A stretch of DNA of 64,000 nucleotides from Candidatus Desulfolinea nitratireducens (lineage in GTDB: Bacteria > Chloroflexota > Anaerolineae > Anaerolineales > Villigracilaceae), in contig JACNJN010000077.1 of the NCBI GenBank assembly GCA_014382535.1, forward strand, positions 516 through 64,515, read 5' to 3'. The first letter of the stretch is position 1. Every line of letters starts with the position of its first letter. The position numbers and the translations under genes are program-made. Below, piece after piece: positions 9,630 through 16,987 of this stretch. The notes beneath the pieces were generated by a model. That model ran no database searches, was not told the DNA's origin, and was given only the letters and a program-made list of their open reading frames with translations.

Positions 9630-10613
9630 TTGATTCTGGTCGCCCTGTTGGTGGGTTGTAGCCTGCCAGCCTCGGTCAGTGAGGTTGGTGCTGCGAGTGT
9701 GCAGATCGGCCAACCGCAGGAGGGTGCGCAGTTAAAAGTTGGCGGAGTGGTCTCTGTGATATCAAGCTTCTCGGATCCGGGCGGTGCACAAGGGATGATC
9801 CTGGAAGTCAACGGGGTGGGCGTGCGCGAGGACAAATTTCACCTGCCGATGTTCGAGGGCAGGATGAACCAGCCTTGGCGACCGACCCAAAATGGCCCGG
9901 CAACCTTGTGCGTCTACCTGACTACTTCTAGCGGCCAGGTTGTCCGCTCGAATTGCGTCACAGTCATGATTGGCTCCGTTGTCAGGGCGACCTTTACACC
10001 CGGTTTCACAAACACGCCTTTCACAGAGCTAACTTTTACTCCAACGCCCACCTTCACACCGGGCGCGCCAACTGCAACCGCCACCCAGGACGCAAATTGC
10101 CGTCAGGGTCCCCGCGTGGATTATGCGGTGACGAGCAGCCTGGCCACGGGCAGGACAGCCCCCATTGTTGGCCGGAATACAGATCAATCCTGGTGGGTGA
10201 TCCGGATTCCCGGCAGTGCCGATTGCTGGATTTGGGATGGCACCGTCACGGTCGAAGGTGACATCAGCGCTGTGCCCGTGATCACGCCTCCGCCTGCCCC
10301 AATCGTAACCGTAACCCAGCCTGCTCCACTGACAGCCCCAAATCTGATCTCGCCAAGCGGAACATTAAACTGTGTTGATGTAACCGGTGGTGTAACTTTA
10401 AGCTGGTCAGTTGTCAGCCACGCAAACGGCATTGATCATTACGAGTGGGAATTAAACGGTTCTCCAAGCGATTCTGGCAATACGGGTAACGCACAGGCCT
10501 CAACATCTGGCTTAAGCTGCGCCGGAGCAATTTACCAATGGCGTGCCAGGGCAGTTGATGGAAAAGGAAATATTGGCCCTTGGTCAGGCTATATGCAATT
10601 TAATGTCCCGTAA
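9630..10613 (+). CDS. Putative lipoprotein with Ig-like N-domain, SH3b-like domain and FN3-like C-terminal module
   Basis: TTG start gives MILVALLVGCS (lipobox LVGC). NCRQGPRVDY...GRNTDQSWW is an SH3b-like signature. The C-terminal about 170 aa are paralogous to the end of the next gene. The start codon is uncertain. Confidence 0.65.
   Translation: MILVALLVGCSLPASVSEVGAASVQIGQPQEGAQLKVGGVVSVISSFSDPGGAQGMILEVNGVGVREDKFHLPMFEGRMNQPWRPTQNGPATLCVYLTTSSGQVVRSNCVTVMIGSVVRATFTPGFTNTPFTELTFTPTPTFTPGAPTATATQDANCRQGPRVDYAVTSSLATGRTAPIVGRNTDQSWWVIRIPGSADCWIWDGTVTVEGDISAVPVITPPPAPIVTVTQPAPLTAPNLISPSGTLNCVDVTGGVTLSWSVVSHANGIDHYEWELNGSPSDSGNTGNAQASTSGLSCAGAIYQWRARAVDGKGNIGPWSGYMQFNVP
10386..10579 (+). repeat. 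194-bp tract identical to 12418-12611 (gene-conversion tract inside the paralogous C-terminal modules)
   Basis: Offset 2032. Flanking mismatches at 10385/12417 and 10580/12612. The sense translation is identical across the whole tract and the overlapping antisense ORFs share their first 19 residues, which lie inside the tract. Confidence 0.85.
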
Positions 10614-10644
10614 GGACAATGTTCCATAAGAAATCGAGGTTCTC

Positions 10645-12645
10645 ATGCTAAAAGCACTCACAAAATTTCTTCTTCTATTTGTCCTGCTGAGTATCATCCC
10701 TGCTTGTAATTTCCAGCGAGAAAATGTCTGGTATGTGGCAATGGATGGCGATGACAACAATTCCTGTCGAGCGCGAGCGAATGCTTGCCGCACGATTCAG
10801 GCGGCCATCAACAAAGCCCACCCAGAGGGTACTGTCATTATCGGGCCTGGAAGCTATGAAGAGTCAATTGGCATCGCTAACCATAACCTGGAATTGCGTG
10901 GCTCAGGCGCTGACCAGACCATTCTGGATGGCGCGGGTCAGACAAATGTTGTCTATATTTTGGACAGTACGGTCATCATCACCGATATGACGATCACGAA
11001 TACCACTGATTATGGAAATGGGATCTTTAGCGAGGAAAGCACTTTGGCCCTCAATAATTCTCACTTGACTGACAATGGGATCGGTCTTTACCTCGACGGG
11101 GGGATTGCTACTGTTAGCAACAGCAGGTTTACGAGCAACGAGGGCTCTGCCGTTTTCATTGACCACGCGCAAGGACGAATCGTCAACAGCGTATTTGCAG
11201 GAAATGTTGGGAAAGGTATTCAAACATCCGACAGTCTGGCACACAGCGAGATTAATGTATCTAACAGCACGATAAGCGGCAACTTGCAGGAGGGGATATA
11301 CATCTACGGTGATGTTACGGCGACGATCTCCGACAGCACAATCGAGGGCAATAGTTTTGGTGGCATCTCAATAACAGCGCGCGTGCAGGGCGCCCTCGCC
11401 GGCGACCCGCCTGCAGCAGAACCTCCAGACTGGAGTACCTTTCCAACCACGGGTTGTCCGCAGGTGGTCATCATAAACAGCCTTTTCAGAAACAATCAAG
11501 CCTCCCCACCGCAGGATCACGCTGGGGGGGGGATTCACGCGGCTGGTTGCAGTACCACTGTCGTGACCAACACCACGATCTCGGGCAATCAAGCCGGCAG
11601 GGGTGGCGGCATATATGCTGACCTTGCTCCCAATGGCTCGATCACGATCGCAAACAGCACAATTACAGGCAATATTGCTACCCAAATCGGTGGCGGTATC
11701 TACAACTCAGAGAGCGGAACTGTGACGCTCACGGGGTCCATCGTGAGTTCAAATCGAGATGGAAACTGCAGTGGTCCTATTAACAGTGCTGGTTTCAACC
11801 TGGATAGTAGTAACACCTGTGGCTTCAGAAACGCAGGAGATCAGAGCAACACAAATCCAATTCTGGACGCCCATTTGAGAGATAATGGTGGGCCTACCTT
11901 GACCCATCAATTGTTCCCAGGCAGCCCTGCTATCGACACCATGCAAGGGTCGGACTGCCCGGTAAAGGACCAGCGTGGCGTAGCGCGCCCACAGGGGATA
12001 GCCTGTGACATCGGCGCATACGAGACCGAGGAATTGGCACTTGAGCCCCCTCCTCCAATTGGAGTAGTCCCAACCCTTCCCACCCTTACCCTGTCAGAGC
12101 CGCCTTCTGTCACATCCACGCAAGATTCCAATTGCCGCCTAGGACCAGGCCCAGACTATGAGGTCAGGAGCAGCCTGCTCACCGGTCAGACCGCCCCAAT
12201 CACCGGACGCAACACGGATTCCAGTTGGTGGATGATCAAGCTTGGCGGGAGCGAGTGCTGGATCTGGGGGCAAATCGTGACCGTGACCGGCGACTCCAGC
12301 CAGGTATCCGTAAAAACACCCCCGCCGCTTCCCATCGTAACCGTAACCGAGCCTGTTCCATTGACAGCGCCTTCACCGACCTCGCCGAGCGGCACGCTGA
12401 ATTGCGCCGATGTAACTGGTGGTGTAACTTTAAGCTGGTCAGTTGTCAGCCACGCAAACGGCATTGATCATTACGAGTGGGAATTAAACGGTTCTCCAAG
12501 CGATTCTGGCAATACGGGTAACGCACAGGCCTCAACATCTGGCTTAAGCTGCGCCGGAGCAATTTACCAATGGCGTGCCAGGGCAGTTGATGGAAAAGGA
12601 AATATTGGCCCCTGGTCAAGTTTTATGCAATTTAATGTGCCGTAG
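10645..12645 (+). CDS. Lipoprotein with right-handed parallel beta-helix repeats, choice-of-anchor-Q-like segment, SH3b-like and FN3-like modules
   Basis: Lipobox IIPAC. Repeated SGN/GGGIY beta-helix units. The motif NLDSSNTCGF...DNGGPTLTHQLFPGSPAIDT...CPVKDQRGVARPQGIACDIGAYE matches the choice-of-anchor Q pattern recalled from memory. RBS GAGG. Confidence 0.8.
   Translation: MLKALTKFLLLFVLLSIIPACNFQRENVWYVAMDGDDNNSCRARANACRTIQAAINKAHPEGTVIIGPGSYEESIGIANHNLELRGSGADQTILDGAGQTNVVYILDSTVIITDMTITNTTDYGNGIFSEESTLALNNSHLTDNGIGLYLDGGIATVSNSRFTSNEGSAVFIDHAQGRIVNSVFAGNVGKGIQTSDSLAHSEINVSNSTISGNLQEGIYIYGDVTATISDSTIEGNSFGGISITARVQGALAGDPPAAEPPDWSTFPTTGCPQVVIINSLFRNNQASPPQDHAGGGIHAAGCSTTVVTNTTISGNQAGRGGGIYADLAPNGSITIANSTITGNIATQIGGGIYNSESGTVTLTGSIVSSNRDGNCSGPINSAGFNLDSSNTCGFRNAGDQSNTNPILDAHLRDNGGPTLTHQLFPGSPAIDTMQGSDCPVKDQRGVARPQGIACDIGAYETEELALEPPPPIGVVPTLPTLTLSEPPSVTSTQDSNCRLGPGPDYEVRSSLLTGQTAPITGRNTDSSWWMIKLGGSECWIWGQIVTVTGDSSQVSVKTPPPLPIVTVTEPVPLTAPSPTSPSGTLNCADVTGGVTLSWSVVSHANGIDHYEWELNGSPSDSGNTGNAQASTSGLSCAGAIYQWRARAVDGKGNIGPWSSFMQFNVP
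12418..12611 (+). repeat. 194-bp tract identical to 10386-10579
   Basis: See the partner feature. Confidence 0.85.
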
Positions 12646-12728
12646 AATTATTGCCGGAGATAATAAGGGCTATCCCACTGAGGAGCACCAGAACGAGTTG
12701 GGATTAGATTGGTATTCTAATCATTACA

Positions 12729-12785
12729 AATGACAAAGAAGGCTGCCCTCTAAAGGACAGCCTTCTTTGTCATTTCTGTTTTTTA
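12729..12785. terminator. Bidirectional intrinsic terminator between convergent genes
   Basis: Stem GACAAAGAAGGCTG(CC) / (GGA)CAGCCTTCTTTGTC, with a T-run on the + strand and an A-rich run (ACAAA) on the left. Confidence 0.75.
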
Positions 12786-12797
12786 GCGTTTTATATA

Positions 12798-14075
12798 TTA
12801 GTCAGCTGCGACAGGTTCCATTTTAAGTTTGTCAGATGCTGCTTTCTTTGCTTGTGGGGAATTTAGCGAAAAGGTCAGGCCTGCGGCGAGAATTAACATA
12901 GTGGCAGCCAGGAGGTAAGCCTTATCAAAAGAGCCTGTGGTATCTTTGATCGTGCTAGCAACTTGGGAAACCATGAAGCCACCGAGACCCCAGGCTGTAT
13001 AGGCGATACCATAATTGGTTGCAAGGTTCTTGGGTCCATAAAAAACTTTCATCAATGCAGGGAATACGGCCAGGTTAGCACCATAATTGGCACCGATCAA
13101 AGCAACGAAGACGAGCAAAACAGGGGGATTAGCGAGAACACTATTTGCACCCATAAAGAATAAAGCACTGATCAGTACTGCCTGTGCAAGGAATGCAATG
13201 ATAAGCACATTCGTGCGACCAATTTTGTCGGAGAGCATCCCGTATAAAACACGGCCGCCACCATTGCCGATCGCTAGGGCAGAAACAGCGATAGCTGTCA
13301 GCGCAGGGAGGCCGATCTGATCCTTGACGATAGATGCAAGATTTCCGATGATCATCAGCCCAGCACCACTGCCAAAGGCAAAAGCGACCCAGATGACGTA
13401 GAATTGCCAGGTGCGGGTGGTTTCACGCACGGTGAAGTCAATCAAGGGGATTTTGGCAGTTGTTTCTACTGTGTCCTCTTCTTCAAGGACAAAATCTTTG
13501 GGCGGGAATTTGATGAACTGAGCAAAGCTAACAACAACAACGAGCATACCGATGCCGAGATAGAGCATGGTTGTTTGCAAACCAAGCGATTCCATCAATG
13601 CGCGAGCCAGGGGGGCCACCCAGGCACTGCCCATCCCGAAACCAGCAACGACGATTCCTGAAATTAATCCTGTTTTAGAGGTGGGGAACCATTTGAGTGC
13701 AGCAGGACCAGCTGAGCCATAGACAAAGCCGATTCCGGAGCCCAAGAGGACGCCAAAAGCGAGGGTGAAGATCCAAGGGGAACTAGAGAAACTGGAAATG
13801 ATCACGCCGAGACCAGCCATCACGCCACCAGCGCTAACAATTGCGCGTGGGCCAAAACGGTGCAACAAGCGGGCGCCGACGAAGGTCATGACTGAAAAGA
13901 CTACGCAGGCTACAGCATAGGGTAGAGATTGTTGTGTTTCTGTCCAACCCCATTCGATGGGAATGTTGGCTTTAAAGATGCTCCATGCGTAAAGAACGCC
14001 TAAAGCCAGCAGGGCGCCAGTCCCTGCGAAGGTGACCATCCAACCCTTATTTTTCACAGTGTGTGTGTTTTGCAT
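12798..14075 (-). CDS. MFS transporter, oxalate/formate antiporter (OFA)-like family
   Basis: 425 aa, about 12 TM segments. N-terminal GALLALGVLYAWSIFK is typical of the OFA family. RBS GAGGAG upstream. Confidence 0.85.
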   Translation of the reverse strand: MQNTHTVKNKGWMVTFAGTGALLALGVLYAWSIFKANIPIEWGWTETQQSLPYAVACVVFSVMTFVGARLLHRFGPRAIVSAGGVMAGLGVIISSFSSSPWIFTLAFGVLLGSGIGFVYGSAGPAALKWFPTSKTGLISGIVVAGFGMGSAWVAPLARALMESLGLQTTMLYLGIGMLVVVVSFAQFIKFPPKDFVLEEEDTVETTAKIPLIDFTVRETTRTWQFYVIWVAFAFGSGAGLMIIGNLASIVKDQIGLPALTAIAVSALAIGNGGGRVLYGMLSDKIGRTNVLIIAFLAQAVLISALFFMGANSVLANPPVLLVFVALIGANYGANLAVFPALMKVFYGPKNLATNYGIAYTAWGLGGFMVSQVASTIKDTTGSFDKAYLLAATMLILAAGLTFSLNSPQAKKAASDKLKMEPVAAD

Positions 14076-14102
14076 AATCTTTTGAAACTCCTCTTGGATA
14101 CA

Positions 14103-14175
14103 ATTTTTCTGACAACTTTGAAGGCGAAATTATACGAAGTTGTCAGACAACTGTCAAGGAGTTGTCTGACAACTT
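14103..14175 (-). promoter_or_regulatory. Consensus sigma70 promoter (TTGACA-17-TATAAT) overlapped by three copies of the palindrome AGTTGTC-N-GACAACT
   Basis: On the minus strand the -35 TTGACA is at 14152-14157 and the -10 TATAAT at 14129-14134, with a 17-nt spacer. Palindromes are centred at 14167, 14145 (both perfect 7-1-7) and 14110 (13/15). Confidence 0.7.
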
Positions 14176-14281
14176 GAACAGACAAGCGGCTGGAGTGAGA
14201 AGGGTTTCCAGACCGAATAGAAATTGAAGGATTTGGGGTAGAATTGAAAAACCCCTCGATTCTTTCAATGGAATCGAGGGG

Positions 14282-16334
14282 TTTTGTGTATAATCATATA
14301 AATATTTCATAAGTAAAGTTGATTTATTCATATTTGCGTGTCTTGGGAAAATGGTAACAAGGAATAAACAATGAGGAAATCCAAATCTACAAAGATCCTT
14401 GCACAATCCCGGGGTAAGCGGTTTCTGCTATTGATTACTCTGTTCCTGACGGGCTTCACCTCACTGGCTTATGAATTGATTTGGACCAGAAAACTGTCCC
14501 TGGTTTTCGGCGCGAATGCCCTTGCGGTCAGCACTGTGCTCAGTATATTTTTGGCTGGTTTAGCATGGGGTAGTTTTTATGGTGGAAAATTAATTGAAAA
14601 ATCCAAAAACCCTTATAAATTCCTCGGTATTGTTGAAATCCTTATAGGGGCAGGATGTTTGCTGACCCTGATCCTGATTGATGGTATCAAATTCGCATAT
14701 CTAAGTCTCTTTACATACTTTGGTGGAAACTTAATTCTTGTAAACCTGGTCCATTTTCTAATTAGTGCAGTGATTCTGATTGTCCCCACATTTTTAATTG
14801 GTGTCGTATTTCCTGTAGCTGTGAAATTATATTATCAGGAATCCAATGATATCGGGGATAGCGTCAGCTGGGTCTATATGGCCGATACTGTCGGGGGAGC
14901 AATAGGGTTATTAGCAACTGGACTGGTATTGATTTGGAAGATGGGTTTTTGGAATACTTCGCTGTGGTCCTCAATAGTGAACATCACCCTGGGTATCTCC
15001 ATATTAGCTTTGTTGAGGGCCAATTTATTGGCGCCACAACAACAATCTCCTCAGAAGAGCAGGAAAAAGAAAAAAGGAAACCGGAAGGAAAATCGTCAGG
15101 AAATAAACGAGCCCCGGAAAACATCAGGCAAGCTTGTCCTCGCACTTTTCTTCTTCTCAGGATTCGCAGCCTTAATCTTAGAAAATGTTTGGATTCGTTA
15201 TTTTGAAATGATCTACGGTAACAATATGATCTCATTTTCTCTTGTTGTTGCTTCTTTTCTGATTGGTCTCGGTCTCGGAAGTTTTGCAGCAAAATATCTC
15301 ACTCGTTCAGTAAAGAATAAAATCTTTTTATTCTCTATGATTGAAATGGGTATCGGGCTTTCAAGTTTATTACTTATGCTGATGTTCCCTTATATCGAGA
15401 ATATATACCTTTCCATCTTTTTCGATGTGGACAATTACAATGAGTTTCTCATTCTGTTGGGCCTTTTAGTATTTTTTATGTTGCTTATCCCCACACTATT
15501 AATGGGCATGACACTTCCGGTAATTAGTGAAATATACACAAATGGGAAAACGATAGGTTCGGATATTGGCAGGTTGTACTCATTTAATTCTTTCGGTTCC
15601 ATATTAGGTTCCTTTTTGTCAGGATTTGTGTTCTTCTATTTATTTGGCCTCCAGAATACCGCAATTATGGCAGCCCTGATTTATATTCTAATAGCCTTTA
15701 TTTTTATTTTTTTCTATGAAAAATCCAGATTGAAGACCTTTCTGACTGTTTTTGTTAATTTATTATTCCTTATTTTAGTGTTGTACGAGTTTTATTATCA
15801 GCCCGAATACCTTTATATTGGTGCCTATTACCATGGGACCCAATTTGACAATCCCTCCGATTTTTATCGTACAAAAGAAGAGTACGAAGTTTTGTTTGAA
15901 AAACAAAGCCCGTATTCATTTGTTAGCGTTGTTTCAGCAAGAGGAAATACTCTACTCAAAATAAACGGCAGAACAGAGGGGTCAACATATAATATTGTTC
16001 AAAATATGCTGGCAAACCTGCCTCTCTTATTCCATCCATCCCCGGATGAAGTTGCCAGTATTGGTCATGGTGGTGGTTATACCTTAAACACGATCACAAA
16101 ATATTCTGCCGTAAAAACTATTGACAATATTGAGATCGACCAGGTAATTATTGAAGCGGATCAATATATTCAAGACAATGGGAGACCATTATCTGACCCA
16201 AGAGTTAATCTGATCGTCGCTGATGCCAGAAATTATCTTTATACCAATCCCAAAAAATACGATGTGATCATTTCCGAGCCATCGCATATTTGGGCATCAT
16301 CTCCTTTGTTTACCAAAGAATTTTTCGAGATCAT
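14282..16334 (+). repeat. Left copy of a 2,053-bp perfect direct repeat (offset 2706)
   Basis: Covers the promoter region plus the first 1,964 nt of the CDS. Sense and antisense ORF translations are identical in both copies. The first mismatches are at 14281/16987 and 16335/19041. Confidence 0.85.
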
Positions 16335-16770
16335 TGATAATAGCCTGGAAGAGGGAGGAATTTATACCATTTGGGTGCCTGTATATGAGATGAATAATTA
16401 TGATTACGGGGTCATTATTGAAACGATAAAATCTGTTTTTCCTTATTTTATTGAATTTGATTATAGCGGTGATGCAATCATACTTGCCTCACGTCACAAG
16501 ATCGATATTGCCAAGGATCTGAATATTTCACACCTTGATGATATTGAAGTTATGAAGGAGATGGAAATCGTAAGGCAATTAGACGGTGAGAATCATGTGG
16601 ACTTGCCCGCATTTTTAATTGACCATCATTATCCAAATGATATTGTTGATGATTATATCCAGGAACATGTTGGTGAGGTTACCCAAATCAATACCGATGA
16701 TTTTCCTATCCTGGAATATACCACTCGCAGGAATGCATATAAGAAATTTAGAAGCGAAGATACTCCATAA
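14371..16770 (+). CDS. Polytopic membrane domain fused to a spermidine-synthase-like (class I SAM-fold) domain, paralog 1
   Basis: 799 aa. About 13 predicted TM helices, a K/R-rich loop (KSRKKKKGNRKENR), then a C-terminal domain with IGHGGGYT, NIEID, ADARNY and DVIISEPSHIW. Confidence 0.85.
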   Translation: MRKSKSTKILAQSRGKRFLLLITLFLTGFTSLAYELIWTRKLSLVFGANALAVSTVLSIFLAGLAWGSFYGGKLIEKSKNPYKFLGIVEILIGAGCLLTLILIDGIKFAYLSLFTYFGGNLILVNLVHFLISAVILIVPTFLIGVVFPVAVKLYYQESNDIGDSVSWVYMADTVGGAIGLLATGLVLIWKMGFWNTSLWSSIVNITLGISILALLRANLLAPQQQSPQKSRKKKKGNRKENRQEINEPRKTSGKLVLALFFFSGFAALILENVWIRYFEMIYGNNMISFSLVVASFLIGLGLGSFAAKYLTRSVKNKIFLFSMIEMGIGLSSLLLMLMFPYIENIYLSIFFDVDNYNEFLILLGLLVFFMLLIPTLLMGMTLPVISEIYTNGKTIGSDIGRLYSFNSFGSILGSFLSGFVFFYLFGLQNTAIMAALIYILIAFIFIFFYEKSRLKTFLTVFVNLLFLILVLYEFYYQPEYLYIGAYYHGTQFDNPSDFYRTKEEYEVLFEKQSPYSFVSVVSARGNTLLKINGRTEGSTYNIVQNMLANLPLLFHPSPDEVASIGHGGGYTLNTITKYSAVKTIDNIEIDQVIIEADQYIQDNGRPLSDPRVNLIVADARNYLYTNPKKYDVIISEPSHIWASSPLFTKEFFEIIDNSLEEGGIYTIWVPVYEMNNYDYGVIIETIKSVFPYFIEFDYSGDAIILASRHKIDIAKDLNISHLDDIEVMKEMEIVRQLDGENHVDLPAFLIDHHYPNDIVDDYIQEHVGEVTQINTDDFPILEYTTRRNAYKKFRSEDTP

Positions 16771-16987
16771 TAAGCTTTGAAATTTCAATCTGAATATTTG
16801 GATGACGAAAAACAATCGCATGATATATCATGCGACTGTTTTTTTCTCTTCCGCCTCCGGATCACGAATACGCATTCGATATTTTATGTGGTCCGCGGCT
16901 GGGATGAAAAATGATTCCCGACTGAGGTGAAATTGAAGGAATTGGGGTTGAATAAAATCCCTCGTCTCATTTATAAGAAACGAGGGA

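Noticed and set aside
9589-9633. ATG at 9589 (MKKTSYNFKNQRLS-stop) as a frameshifted true start of the 9630 lipoprotein gene via the A7 run
   Set aside because: Neither +1 nor -1 slippage in the A7 tract joins the ATG to the downstream frame without meeting a stop. The TTG at 9630 directly precedes a lipobox-containing signal sequence.
14143-14406. Duplicated minus-strand ORFs starting MCKDLCRFGFPHCLFLVTIFPRHANMNKS (also 16828-17112)
   Set aside because: Their identity simply reflects the 2,053-bp duplication. They run antisense across the promoter and 5' end of the spermidine-synthase-like genes, and they diverge exactly where the duplication ends.
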